Part shown: piece after piece, positions 10,416 to 20,792 of the stretch
Layout: every line of letters begins with the position of its first letter
Numbering within the stretch: the first letter of the stretch is position 1
NCBI GenBank assembly: GCA_963524945.1
Contig: CAURJV010000011.1
Span: 28,085-92,084 of the forward strand
From: an uncultured Clostridium sp.
GTDB lineage: Bacteria > Bacillota > Clostridia > Clostridiales > Clostridiaceae
Reading direction: 5' to 3'
Length of the DNA stretch: 64,000 nucleotides
Notes under the pieces: generated by a model
What the model was told of the DNA's origin: nothing
The model's input: only the letters and a program-made list of their open reading frames with translations
Databases searched by the model: none
Position numbers and translations under genes: made by a program

Positions 10416-11183
10416 GTGACGTGGAAGAAAAAGAGAATCGGTATTGACATATTTTTGATTATCTTTTTAGTATTTATATCTATAGGGATTAGCAAAGCTA
10501 TACAGGCAATGGGTAATATCCAGGAGGAAGATCCTATATATTGCGTTGATACTAATGAAAAAGTTATTAGTTTAACATTTGATATAAATTGGGCAGAAAA
10601 AGATAATTTGAATGTAATATTAGACATATTGGACAAATATAATGTAAAAGGAACATTCTTCATAATGGGAGGATGGGTAAATTATAGTGAGGACAATGTG
10701 AACAAGCTTAAGGCAATAAAAGAGAGGGGGCATGAAATAGGGAATCATAGCTACAAACATCCTATGTTCACGAAAATAGGAGCAGATAGAATTAAAGAGG
10801 AAATAGAAAAAACTAATGATACAATTGAAAAATATACAGGTGAGAGACCTAAGTTATTTAGATTCCCAAGTGGAGATTATAATAAAGAGGCTTTTTCAAA
10901 AGTAAGGAACTTAGGATATGTACCAATTCAATGGAATGTTGATTCGGTAGATTGGAAAGAAGTGTCCCAAGAAACGGAATATAACAGAGTTATGAAAAAT
11001 GCTAAACCAGGATCCATACTTCTTTTTCATAATAATGCCAAGTATACTCCGAATAATTTAGATAGGATCATTAAAGAACTAAAAGAAAAAGGATATGAAT
11101 TTAAACCAGTAGGTGAAATGATATATTCAGATAACTATAGCGTAGACAATCAAGGAATTCAACATAAAGTGAATCTTAACTGA
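10416..11183 (+). CDS. pdaB: Polysaccharide deacetylase, sporulation PdaB-like
   Basis: N-terminal TM, LTFD, EIGNHSYKH, FRFPSG, WNVDSVDW, ILLFH. Confidence 0.8.
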   Translation: MTWKKKRIGIDIFLIIFLVFISIGISKAIQAMGNIQEEDPIYCVDTNEKVISLTFDINWAEKDNLNVILDILDKYNVKGTFFIMGGWVNYSEDNVNKLKAIKERGHEIGNHSYKHPMFTKIGADRIKEEIEKTNDTIEKYTGERPKLFRFPSGDYNKEAFSKVRNLGYVPIQWNVDSVDWKEVSQETEYNRVMKNAKPGSILLFHNNAKYTPNNLDRIIKELKEKGYEFKPVGEMIYSDNYSVDNQGIQHKVNLN

Positions 11184-11395
11184 ACTTATAACCTCAAGGG
11201 TAACAATGTCCAGGGACTTAGTGCCAATTATCACTATCTTTAAACTTGTGATTTATTAGTGGCAGTTAGTCATCATATAAAAATAATTAATATTTATTGA
11301 AAATAAACTAGTTTTTGTATTATAATGGTAATATATGCTAGTGGGAGCATATATTACACAAAATAAAATAATTTCCGATGGAGAGAGGGATTACA

Positions 11396-12046
11396 ATGGA
11401 TAATTTGATGTTAAATAACAAAATTTACCTTGAAGGCAAGGTAACATCTGGATTAGAGTTTAGTCATGAAATGTATGGGGAGGGTTTCTACACTTTTGAT
11501 TTAGATGTAATGAGATTAAGTGATTCAGTAGATAAATTAAATATTACTGTTTCAGAAAGATTACTAAGTGACATAAAGCTTGATGAGGGTGTAGAAATAA
11601 TTGTAGAAGGCCAACTTAGATCTTATAACAAGTTTATTGATGGGTCTAACAAGCTAATACTTACTGTCTTTGCAAGAAACATTGAACCATGTCTAGAAAG
11701 AAGTAAAAATCCCAATGAAATATTTTTAGATGGATACATTTGTAAGGAACCTATTTATAGAACTACACCATTTGGACGTGAGATTGCAGATGTATTACTT
11801 GCCGTAAATAGAGCATACAATAAATCGGATTATATTCCAACTATTGCCTGGGGAAGGAACTCAAGATTCTGTCAAACTTTAAGTGTTGGAGATAATATTA
11901 AGGTTTGGGGAAGACTTCAAAGCAGAGAATATCAAAAGAAGGTATCGGACAGTGAAGTTGTGAAAAAGATTGCATATGAGGTATCAATTTCAAAAATGGA
12001 GAGAGCTAATAAAGAAGAGAGTACTGGAGAAGAGGGCGCAGTATAG
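11396..12046 (+). CDS. Tandem-OB-fold single-stranded DNA-binding protein
   Basis: Two SSB-like halves (VEGQLRSY; SDYIPTIAWG..VWGRLQSR). Confidence 0.85.
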   Translation: MDNLMLNNKIYLEGKVTSGLEFSHEMYGEGFYTFDLDVMRLSDSVDKLNITVSERLLSDIKLDEGVEIIVEGQLRSYNKFIDGSNKLILTVFARNIEPCLERSKNPNEIFLDGYICKEPIYRTTPFGREIADVLLAVNRAYNKSDYIPTIAWGRNSRFCQTLSVGDNIKVWGRLQSREYQKKVSDSEVVKKIAYEVSISKMERANKEESTGEEGAV

Positions 12047-12130
12047 AACTGTTTATTTAATTAAAATAAATATTCTAAATTCGAAAAAGCTATAAGCATT
12101 ATGTAATATAAATATAGTATTTTTTCTGGT

Positions 12131-12177
12131 AAATAAAAAGGTTTCAATTAACATAGATTTATTGAAACCTTTTATTT
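12131..12177. terminator. Bidirectional terminator
   Basis: AAATAAAAAGGTTTCAAT ... ATTGAAACCTTTTATTT between convergent genes. Confidence 0.75.
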
Positions 12178-12272
12178 AATTATGAAAAATAGCTAGTGTA
12201 TTAATTTTATGCATTTGCTAGCTACTTCCCATAATATATTTATGTAATTTTTGAATTTCTAATAGAAAATAA

Positions 12273-12983
12273 TTACTTTCTTAAATCATCTAATATTTGA
12301 GTTTTATCTTTTGTCTTATCATCTACTGCCTTGATTATCTTAGCAGGTGAACCAGCTACAACAACGTTGTCTGGAACATCTTCTGTAACAACAGAACCAG
12401 CAGCTACAACGCTACCTGTACCTATCTTAACACCCTCAAGGATTACAGAATTAGCACCAATTAAGGCGTTATCACCAATCATGCAAGGTTCCTTGCTTGG
12501 TGGTTCTAATACTCCTGCTACAACAGCTCCAGCACCTAAATGAACATTCTTACCTAATTGTCCACGAGCTCCAACTACGGCATTCATATCAACCATAGTT
12601 CCATCTCCGATTTCAGCTCCAATGTTTATTACTGCACCCATCATTATTACTGCATTTTTACCAATAGTAACCTTATCTCTAATGACAGCACCTGGTTCAA
12701 TTCTAGCATCTACTTCAAGTAAATCTAGCATTGGAATAGCAGAATTTCTTCTATCATTTTCTATTCTAAAGTGTTTAATAAGGTGTTTGTTATCTAATAC
12801 TATTTTAGTTATAGAATCAGATTCTCCCATTAGTATATAAAATCCGTTAGAACCATACCATTCTACATCATTCATTTCAGCATTGCTTAAATCTCCATTA
12901 ACATAAACTTTTACTGGAGTCGATTTTTTTGATTCCTTAATAAATCTAGCAATTTCATAAGGATCTGTTAAATTATATGACAT
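12273..12983 (-). CDS. dapH: Tetrahydrodipicolinate N-acetyltransferase
   Basis: [17 protein letters not shown], hexapeptide repeats, GVLEPPS; start at ATG 12983 after GAAAGGGTG. Confidence 0.92.
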   Translation of the reverse strand: MSYNLTDPYEIARFIKESKKSTPVKVYVNGDLSNAEMNDVEWYGSNGFYILMGESDSITKIVLDNKHLIKHFRIENDRRNSAIPMLDLLEVDARIEPGAVIRDKVTIGKNAVIMMGAVINIGAEIGDGTMVDMNAVVGARGQLGKNVHLGAGAVVAGVLEPPSKEPCMIGDNALIGANSVILEGVKIGTGSVVAAGSVVTEDVPDNVVVAGSPAKIIKAVDDKTKDKTQILDDLRK

Positions 12984-13138
12984 TATATCACCCTTTCCAT
13001 TATTTTCGCAATCATCCTTATTATAATAAAGATTGAACGCAATTAAAAGGGGAATAAGTAAAAAAACATAAATAGTTTGAATCAATTTTAGTAATGAGGT
13101 AAAATAAGTTTATATTGCAAAACGGGGGCGCATAAATT

Positions 13139-14284
13139 ATGAATAAACAAGTTGAGAAAATACAAATTTCAGGAATAAGAAGGTTTTCTGAGAAAGTTAA
13201 AAATGTAGAGGGCGCAATTTCATTAACTCTAGGCCAACCAGATTTTCCTGTGCCAATACATATATCAGAAGCAATGATTAAAGCCATTAAAGATAATAAG
13301 ACAGTTTATACATCAAATGCAGGGATTGATGAGCTTAGAGAAGAAATCTGTAATTACCTAAAAACATTTGATATTGAATATATTAAAGATGAAATATGTA
13401 TAACAGTTGGTGGAAGTGAAGGATTATATTCAGTATTATTTTCCGTAATGAATTCAGGCGATAAAATATTAATACCTGGACCTGCTTACCCAGCCTATGA
13501 AAATATTTCTACAATGATAGGGGCAGATATAATAACTTATCCTTTAAATGAAGATTTCACATTAGATATAGATAAAATTAAAGAAAAATTAGAGAAGGAA
13601 AACATCAAAGTATTAATGTTGTCATTTCCATCAAATCCTACAGGTGCAATTTTATCTAAAGAGCAAAGAAATGAACTTGTTGAATTAATAAAAAATAAAG
13701 ATATTATAGTAATAACGGATGAAATGTACTCATCTATAATTTTTGATGATTATTATTCAATAGCACAGGCAAAAGAAATAAAAGATAAAGTCATATATGT
13801 AAGTGGGTTTTCTAAAATATTCTCTATGACAGGGCTTAGAATAGGTTATGTTGCATGTTGTGAACAGTACATGAAAGAAATAATAAAAGTACATCAATAT
13901 GGTGTTTCGTGTGCACCTTCTATTGCACAATATGGAGTTCTTGAAGGGCTTAAAAAATCTTTGAATGATGTAGAAAATATGAGAAAGACTTTCGAAAGAA
14001 GAAAAGACTACTGCTTGAATAGATTAAAGAATCTTAATTTGGAAGTTGCAGAACCTAAGGGAGCCTTTTATATATTTCCTTCAATCAAAAAGTTTAATAT
14101 GTCTTCAGAAGAATTTTGTGAAAAGTTATTAAATGAAGGAAAGCTTGCGTGTGTTCCAGGTACAGCTTTTGGTGATTTAGGAGAAGGATACATGAGAATT
14201 TCATATTGCTATAGTGATGAAATTTTAAAAGAGGCACTTGATAGGCTTGAAAGATTTTTAAAATCAAATTTTCCAAACTGCTAA
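13139..14284 (+). CDS. PLP-dependent class I/II aminotransferase (possible N-acetyl-DAP aminotransferase)
   Basis: LGQPDF, PSNPTG, DEMY, GFSKIFSMTGLRIG; divergent from dapH. Confidence 0.88.
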   Translation: MNKQVEKIQISGIRRFSEKVKNVEGAISLTLGQPDFPVPIHISEAMIKAIKDNKTVYTSNAGIDELREEICNYLKTFDIEYIKDEICITVGGSEGLYSVLFSVMNSGDKILIPGPAYPAYENISTMIGADIITYPLNEDFTLDIDKIKEKLEKENIKVLMLSFPSNPTGAILSKEQRNELVELIKNKDIIVITDEMYSSIIFDDYYSIAQAKEIKDKVIYVSGFSKIFSMTGLRIGYVACCEQYMKEIIKVHQYGVSCAPSIAQYGVLEGLKKSLNDVENMRKTFERRKDYCLNRLKNLNLEVAEPKGAFYIFPSIKKFNMSSEEFCEKLLNEGKLACVPGTAFGDLGEGYMRISYCYSDEILKEALDRLERFLKSNFPNC

Positions 14285-14379
14285 TTAAAGAATTTTAAAA
14301 ATAATAAAGAGGTAAGTTATTGTTACTTATTATTTTTAAAAAATCTTTATATAAATAATAATATATAGGGGGCATAACG

Positions 14380-14697
14380 ATGAGCGAATTTAAGAATGTT
14401 ACAGCAGTAAAAAAAGCAAATGTATACTTTGATGGAAAAGTAACTAGCAGAACCATCATATTTGAAGATGGTGAAAGAAAAACTTTGGGGATAATGTTAC
14501 CAGGGGATTATGAGTTTGGAACTGGAGATAAAGAGGTAATGGAGATCTTAGGTGGATCAATGGATGTAAAATTACCGGGCTCAGATAAATTTGTTACATA
14601 CAAAGAAGGCGATGCTTTTACAGTACCAGCCAACTCTAAATTTAATCTAATAGTAAAAGAAGTAGCAGATTACTGTTGCTCTTATATTAAAGAATAA
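14380..14697 (+). CDS. ppnP: Pyrimidine/purine nucleoside phosphorylase (DUF1255)
   Basis: [35 protein letters not shown]. Confidence 0.88.
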   Translation: MSEFKNVTAVKKANVYFDGKVTSRTIIFEDGERKTLGIMLPGDYEFGTGDKEVMEILGGSMDVKLPGSDKFVTYKEGDAFTVPANSKFNLIVKEVADYCCSYIKE

Positions 14698-14733
14698 TTT
14701 AGGTTAAAAAATACTTATAAAGATATAGATATG

Positions 14734-14762
14734 AAAGCATCTGTTTTTGCGGGTGCTTTTTT
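14734..14762 (+). terminator. Intrinsic terminator after ppnP
   Basis: AAAGCATCTGT-tttt-GCGGGTGCTTT followed by T-run. Confidence 0.8.
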
Positions 14763-14769
14763 CTTCATG

Positions 14770-14786
14770 GTGTGCCGAACATGGGT
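14770..14786 (+). mobile_element. Possible 5' stub of a group IIC intron
   Basis: GTGTGCCGAACATGGGT just downstream of a terminator; resembles the GUGYG-initiated IIC 5' end; no further intron domains or RT gene visible. Confidence 0.55.
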
Positions 14787-14914
14787 ACTGCTCTTCACTG
14801 TGTTACGTTGACACAATGTTTATTTTTTTGTTAGTATTATATCATCAAAACAGAAGATTAAATATTAAAATATCGCAATATTTTCAAGTAAGGATTATTA
14901 TAACAAGTGAATGT

Positions 14915-15223
14915 ATGAAAAAGATTATGAATGAACAATTAATTTATGAAGTACTTTCCGTTGTAGAAGAAATCCCTGAAGGGAAGGTAGCTACATATGG
15001 ACAAATTGCCAGCCTTATTGGCAGAGACAAAAATGCACGGCTTGTTGGGAAGGTTCTTAGCCAGGCAGAATTTTATGGTAGATATCCATGCCATCGTGTG
15101 GTAAATCATGCTGGAAGATTAGCTCCGGGGTGGCAAGAACAACGATTTCTGCTATTAGAAGAAGGTGTATCCTTTAAAGATAGGAATCATGTTGATATGA
15201 AGGCAAATCGGTGGGAATGTTAG
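14915..15223 (+). CDS. MGMT-family DNA-binding/alkyltransferase protein (single domain)
   Basis: IPEGKVATYGQIA, ARLVG, PCHRVV; start at 14915 or 14927. Confidence 0.88.
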   Translation: MKKIMNEQLIYEVLSVVEEIPEGKVATYGQIASLIGRDKNARLVGKVLSQAEFYGRYPCHRVVNHAGRLAPGWQEQRFLLLEEGVSFKDRNHVDMKANRWEC

Positions 15224-15334
15224 GATGGAGATGCAAGATGAATGAACAGAATTATTTAAATTCGATTGATTGCTTTTAATAGAATATTTAGCAATATAAG
15301 TAGATGTTATATACTGAAAATAATTAATATATTA

Positions 15335-15411
15335 TGTAGTATGTTTCATTGGAATTTAGATGGTTATTATTCTTAGAATAATCCATCTAAATTCCTAGAA
15401 ACCATAATACA
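15335..15411. terminator. Long inverted repeat between convergent genes
   Basis: GGAATTTAGATGG..ATTATTCT/AGAATAAT.CCATCTAAATTCC. Confidence 0.7.
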
Positions 15412-15437
15412 GCTATTTATTTTGGTTAGTAACTAAT

Positions 15438-16193
15438 TTATTGAATTCCTATAACATCACTCATGTCATATAATCCTGGATTAGTCACAGAAGCCATATA
15501 TTCACATGCTTTTAGAGCACCAACTGCGAAAACTTCTCTTGAAATTGCTTTATGAGTTAATTCTATTACTTCACCAGTTCCGGCGAAAATAACATCGTGG
15601 TCTCCAATTATACCACCACCTCTAACTGCATGGATACCAATTTCATTTTCTTCTCTTTTGGAATTTCCTTCTCTTCCATAGATGTACTTTGTTGTATCTT
15701 CTATAGAGTTTTTTATGGAATCTGCAAGCATAATTGCAGTTCCACTTGGAGCATCTACTTTTTGATTATGATGCTTTTCAACTATTTCAATATCATAGTT
15801 TCCATAGAGTAGAGGAGTTACTTTCTTTAAAAGAGAATTAATTAAATTAATACCAAAAGACATGTTGCCTGATCTAAATAGTTTAAGAGTAGAACTCTTT
15901 TCATCTATTAAAGCTAAATCTTCTGGTGTAAAGCCAGTTGAACATATTACTAATGGTTTGTTAGTTTTTTCTGTTATTTCTAATAGACTATGAAGAGCAT
16001 CAGCTCTTGAAAAATCTAATAAAACATCATATTGGATGTTTAAATCCTGAGCGCTTTCAAAGATAGGATATGGAGCATTACTTGGAAATTTATCGATTCC
16101 AGCAACAATCTCTAAGTTTTTGAATTTATCAGCGCATTCTGTAATCATCTTACCCATCTTACCTGAGCAACCATTTAATACTATTTTTATCAT
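15438..16193 (-). CDS. dapB: 4-hydroxy-tetrahydrodipicolinate reductase
   Basis: [22 protein letters not shown]. Confidence 0.96.
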   Translation of the reverse strand: MIKIVLNGCSGKMGKMITECADKFKNLEIVAGIDKFPSNAPYPIFESAQDLNIQYDVLLDFSRADALHSLLEITEKTNKPLVICSTGFTPEDLALIDEKSSTLKLFRSGNMSFGINLINSLLKKVTPLLYGNYDIEIVEKHHNQKVDAPSGTAIMLADSIKNSIEDTTKYIYGREGNSKREENEIGIHAVRGGGIIGDHDVIFAGTGEVIELTHKAISREVFAVGALKACEYMASVTNPGLYDMSDVIGIQ

Positions 16194-16202
16194 ATTATCA
16201 CC

Positions 16203-17081
16203 TTATATCAATTTATAATCTAGCAAAGCAGCTTTTAGTATTTCCTCATTGTTATTATCCATTTCACAAAGCGGAAGCCTTAAAGGACCAACATTGAGGC
16301 CCATAAGATTCATGGCTGTTTTAACTGGGATTGGATTCGTTTCTAAAAATAAAGTATTCGCTAAAGATAAAGTGTCTAACTGAATATCTAAAGCTTCTTT
16401 AAATTTATTAGCTAAACATTTTTCAGCTATTTCATGAACTTTACTTGGAATTATATTAGCTAAAACTGAAATTACGCCTATACCTCCAATGGACATTATA
16501 GATACAATTTGATCATCATTACCAGAATAAATATCTATAGAATCTCTGCAAAGTGCCTTCATTTGAAGTATCTGGCTGATATTTCCGCTAGCTTCTTTTA
16601 TAGCAACAACATTGCTTAATTCAGCAAGCTTAACTAAAGTTTTAGGTGCAATATTAACACCTGTTCTACTCGGTACATTATAAAGTACAATAGGAGTATT
16701 AACTTCATCATTTATAGCTTTAAAATGTTTTATCAAACCATTTTGAGTAGTTTTATTGTAATATGGTGTAATAACAAGAAGTCCATCTACTCCAACGCTT
16801 TCTGCATATTTACTCATTGAAATAGCAGCAGCAGTATTATTTGAGCCGGTTCCTGCAATTACAGGAATTCTTTTGTTTATTACATCAACTGTAAATTTAA
16901 TCGTATCTTTTTTCTCTTTTTCTGTCATTGTAGTAGCTTCACCTGTAGTACCACAAATTACAATAGCATCAGTACCTTCTTTAACATGCCATTCTAATAA
17001 ATTTCTAAGTGATTCAAAGTTAATTCCATTTTCATTAAATGGCGTAACTATAGCTACAGCTGAGCCTTGAAATATTGACAT
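16203..17081 (-). CDS. dapA: 4-hydroxy-tetrahydrodipicolinate synthase
   Basis: [32 protein letters not shown]. Confidence 0.96.
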   Translation of the reverse strand: MSIFQGSAVAIVTPFNENGINFESLRNLLEWHVKEGTDAIVICGTTGEATTMTEKEKKDTIKFTVDVINKRIPVIAGTGSNNTAAAISMSKYAESVGVDGLLVITPYYNKTTQNGLIKHFKAINDEVNTPIVLYNVPSRTGVNIAPKTLVKLAELSNVVAIKEASGNISQILQMKALCRDSIDIYSGNDDQIVSIMSIGGIGVISVLANIIPSKVHEIAEKCLANKFKEALDIQLDTLSLANTLFLETNPIPVKTAMNLMGLNVGPLRLPLCEMDNNNEEILKAALLDYKLI

Positions 17082-17110
17082 TCAGATTCCTCCAACTTAA
17101 TTACTAAGAA

Positions 17111-18103
17111 CTATTTATTATCTTTTATCATTATTTCAGCAATTTGAATAGCATTAAGTGCTGCACCTTTTCTTATGTTATCACCAACGACCCATAGATT
17201 TAAACCATTATCCACGCTGAAATCTCTTCTTATTCTTCCGACATAAACGTCGTCTTTTCCTGAAACTTCAAGAGCAGTTGGATATTTTAATTCGTCTACT
17301 TTATCATATACAGTTACACCTTGAGTGTTTCCAAATAATTCGAAAATATCTTTTATATCAAATTCAGAATTAAGTTCAACATTGATGCTTTCACTATGTC
17401 CATTAAGTACTGGAACTCTAGCTGTAGTAGCAGTTACTCTTAAATCTGGTTCATGAAGAATTTTTCTAGTTTCTTTAATCATCTTTTCTTCTTCTTTAGT
17501 GTAACCATCTTCTAAAAATACATCTATATGAGGTAAAACATTACCAGCAATAGGGTAAGGGAACTTCTTAGGTGCAACGCCCTTAACACCATCTTCTAAA
17601 TCTCTTATACCTTGGATACCAGCTCCAGATACTGCTTGGTATGTTGAATAAACTATTCTCTTAATTCCATATTTATCATGTAAAGCTTTCATTATCGGCA
17701 TTGCTTGGATTGTTGAACAATTTGGATTTGCAATTATTCCTTTATGAAGTTTGATATCTTCTGGATTAACTTCTGGTACTACAAGTGGTACCTCAGGATC
17801 CATTCTCCATGCGCTGCTATTATCAATTACTACTGCGCCATATTGCGCAAAAATAGGTGCAAATTCTTTACTAGCATCTCCACCAGCTGAAAATAGTGCA
17901 TAATCTATTTTTTTATCTTTTATATTCTTTTCACAAGTTTCTTCAACTACATAATCCTTCCCTTTAAATGGTAAAGTACTACCTTCAGATCTCTTTGATG
18001 CAAAAAGATATAAATTATTTACTGGAAAGTTTCTTTCTTCTAAGATTTCTAAAAATTTTCTACCTACATTTCCAGTAGCCCCAACTATTGCAATATTATA
18101 CAC
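17111..18103 (-). CDS. asd: Aspartate-semialdehyde dehydrogenase
   Basis: VGATGNVG, ANPNCSTI, YQAVSGAG, DNIRKGAA. Confidence 0.96.
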   Translation of the reverse strand: MYNIAIVGATGNVGRKFLEILEERNFPVNNLYLFASKRSEGSTLPFKGKDYVVEETCEKNIKDKKIDYALFSAGGDASKEFAPIFAQYGAVVIDNSSAWRMDPEVPLVVPEVNPEDIKLHKGIIANPNCSTIQAMPIMKALHDKYGIKRIVYSTYQAVSGAGIQGIRDLEDGVKGVAPKKFPYPIAGNVLPHIDVFLEDGYTKEEEKMIKETRKILHEPDLRVTATTARVPVLNGHSESINVELNSEFDIKDIFELFGNTQGVTVYDKVDELKYPTALEVSGKDDVYVGRIRRDFSVDNGLNLWVVGDNIRKGAALNAIQIAEIMIKDNK

Positions 18104-18544
18104 AATAATCCCTCCTAAATTTATTTATTAATATTTTTATATATACAATTACTATAGTTAAATATTGAATAAATATCAAGTCAATGAGCAAAATAAGTTG
18201 AAAAAAACTATTCATAAAGGATTATTTGTTCCATTAATTAGGGGAGATATAAAAGAATGTGTATATTTATGCATATATATACCACAAATTGAAAGAATTA
18301 TTAAGTAATCATTGTTTCATATAAATTCTTAGAAATATGATAGTTAAAATATTAATTTCTATAAAAATATATTTTTATAGAATAGTAATGGGATAGAAGG
18401 AAATAATATTGGGTGAAAAGATAAACTTTAGAATTTATTTTTATAGCTTAGTTTAATTAGCTTAGAATTTATTTTAATATTTCTTTTTATACAATAAAGA
18501 AATATTAATAAAAAACTAACTATTAAGATTGGTAGGGATAAAAA

Positions 18545-18763
18545 ATGGGTAATAAATCTGTAAAAAAGACAATAAAAGCAAAACTTAAAGCAAATAAGGA
18601 GCTTACAGAAGCTGAAAAAATGAGAGAAAAAATTAAGTATGAAATTGCAGAAGAACTTGGCTTGATCGATAAAGTTAATAAAGAAGGATGGGGTGGACTA
18701 TCTTCTGGAGAAACCGGAAGAATAGGCGGAATAATGGCTAAAAGAAAAAAAGTGCCAAAGTAA
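18545..18763 (+). CDS. Small acid-soluble spore protein, alpha/beta-like
   Basis: KYEIAEELGL and GWGGLSSGETGRIGG. Confidence 0.8.
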   Translation: MGNKSVKKTIKAKLKANKELTEAEKMREKIKYEIAEELGLIDKVNKEGWGGLSSGETGRIGGIMAKRKKVPK

Positions 18764-18864
18764 ATGACAAGCTGCTATACTTTTACTAATTTGACTAAGT
18801 AAATAATTACGATATAATATACTAGATGAATTAGTAAATTTACGTTAAGGGCGTGATAAAGCAG

Positions 18865-19602
18865 ATGGCTTATAAAGAGTTTGCCAATATATATGATGAA
18901 TTAATATATGAAGATATTAATTATGATAAAGTTGCAGATAAGATTATAAATATATGTAGAGAAAATAATTTAAAGTTTGAAGATTATTTGGATTTAGCAT
19001 GTGGAACTGGAAATGTTTCAATTAATGTAGCAAAATATTTTAAAACTGTTTATGCAGTAGATTTGTCAGATGATATGTTAAATGTAGCCTTTGATAAATT
19101 TAAAAAGAATAAGATTAAGGCAAAAGTAATCTGTCAAGATATGTGTGAGTTAAGTTTAAATAAAAGATTTGATCTTATAACTTCTGTGCTTGATTCGACG
19201 AATTATATAACAGAGGATGAAGATTTGCTTAATTATTTCTCAAGTGTATATGAACACCTAAAAGAAAACGGCATATTCATTTTTGATATAAATTCGTATT
19301 ATAAACTTTCTACTGTTCTTGGAAATAATATATATACTTATAGTTCTGAAGAAATTTTTTATACATGGGAAAATTCATTTGAAGATGATGTATTAAATAT
19401 GTTTTTAACATTCTTCGTAAAAACTGAAAATGAACTATATAAAAGATTCGAAGAAGAGCATTTTGAAAGAGCTTATAAAGAAAGCTATATAGAGAATATA
19501 TTAAAAAAATGTAACTTTAGAATAATAAATAAATTTTCAGGATATTCTGATGAGGAAGTAAATGAAAATAGTGAAAGAATACTTTACATAGTAAGTAAAT
19601 AA
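18865..19602 (+). CDS. Class I SAM-dependent methyltransferase
   Basis: [22 protein letters not shown]. Confidence 0.88.
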   Translation: MAYKEFANIYDELIYEDINYDKVADKIINICRENNLKFEDYLDLACGTGNVSINVAKYFKTVYAVDLSDDMLNVAFDKFKKNKIKAKVICQDMCELSLNKRFDLITSVLDSTNYITEDEDLLNYFSSVYEHLKENGIFIFDINSYYKLSTVLGNNIYTYSSEEIFYTWENSFEDDVLNMFLTFFVKTENELYKRFEEEHFERAYKESYIENILKKCNFRIINKFSGYSDEEVNENSERILYIVSK

Positions 19603-19628
19603 GATGTGAAATAGGAGATGAGATACAA

Positions 19629-20510
19629 ATGCAAGATAAAATAGTTAGAGCAACCGCTAAGGATGGAATGGTTAGAATAATAGCAGGAATTACTACTAAT
19701 TTAGTAAATGAAGGCTGTAAAATACATGAATGTACGCCTGTAGCTTCAGCAGCTTTAGGAAGAATGTTAACTGCAGGTACACTTATAGGAACTACACTAA
19801 AAAGTGAAAAAGAAGTTGTAACTTTAAAAATAAATGGTAATGGGGAAATAAATGGAATAACAGTAACTGCACATAGTGATGCATCTGTTAAAGGGTTTAT
19901 TGGAAATCCATATGTTGATAGGCCTCTTAATGAAAAAGGAAAATTAGATGTTGGAGGAGCTATTGGAACAGATGGTATTTTATATGTAATAAAGGATTTA
20001 GGGCTTAGAGATCCATATGTTGGACAAGTGCCTATACAAACTGGAGAAATAGCAGAAGATTTTGCATATTATTTCACAGCATCTGAGCAAACACCATCAG
20101 CGGTATCACTTGGTGTATTGGTTGATAGAGATTTATCTATAAAGGCGGCAGGTGGATTTATAGTGCAAATGATGCCTGGTGCAGATGAACTTCTTGCAGA
20201 TGTTATAACATATAGATTAGAAGAAATTCCACCAATAACTACATTAATAAGTGAAGGAAAAACAATAGAAGAAATTTTAGAGTATATTTTTGATGGAATG
20301 GATTTAAAAATATTAGATTCTTTAACTCCAGAATATAAATGTGATTGTTCTAGAGATAGAGTTGAAAAAGCATTAATATCTATTGGAAAGGAAACTCTTC
20401 AAGAGATATATGATGACAAAAAGAATGAGGAAATAGTGTGCAACTTTTGCAATACTAAATATGAATTTACTAATGATGAAATAGGGGAATTATTAAATAA
20501 TAGTAGATAA
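19629..20510 (+). CDS. hslO: Hsp33 redox-regulated chaperone
   Basis: [16 protein letters not shown]...CNFC zinc motif. Confidence 0.95.
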   Translation: MQDKIVRATAKDGMVRIIAGITTNLVNEGCKIHECTPVASAALGRMLTAGTLIGTTLKSEKEVVTLKINGNGEINGITVTAHSDASVKGFIGNPYVDRPLNEKGKLDVGGAIGTDGILYVIKDLGLRDPYVGQVPIQTGEIAEDFAYYFTASEQTPSAVSLGVLVDRDLSIKAAGGFIVQMMPGADELLADVITYRLEEIPPITTLISEGKTIEEILEYIFDGMDLKILDSLTPEYKCDCSRDRVEKALISIGKETLQEIYDDKKNEEIVCNFCNTKYEFTNDEIGELLNNSR

Positions 20511-20565
20511 ACATATTGAAATTATTTCAAGTAAAATTACAGAATAAGAATAATAAAAAGCTACA

Positions 20566-20611
20566 GAGAATAATTTGGAAGACTATGAAAAGTCAGATTA
20601 TTCTCTTTTTT
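20566..20611 (+). terminator. Terminator after hslO
   Basis: GAGAATAATTTG ... CAGATTATTCTC followed by T-run. Confidence 0.6.
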
Positions 20612-20792
20612 CGTGCATAAATATTATAATACAATAAAAAAGAAAATATATTCGCCTGCCAGATTTTCTCACATGCGTTTGAAAAGGCAGATGCGTAAAA
20701 AAACCTACACTTATGAAAAGAGTGCGAAGTACAATATGGAATTTAACCAAAATCGCTTGCGATTTTGTTATTTTAATGAAAGGGTGTGTGTT

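Noticed and set aside
18104..18544. Lysine riboswitch upstream of asd-dapA-dapB
   Set aside because: No L-box conserved motifs or leader terminator on the minus strand; only a short AT-rich direct repeat (TTAGAATTTATTTT x2)
20613..20792. N-terminal ORF extensions in the ORF track (also 6133, 13085, 14747, 33938, 37541, 58769)
   Set aside because: They run through terminators, promoters or leaders; downstream ATGs have proper RBS spacing and match family N-termini
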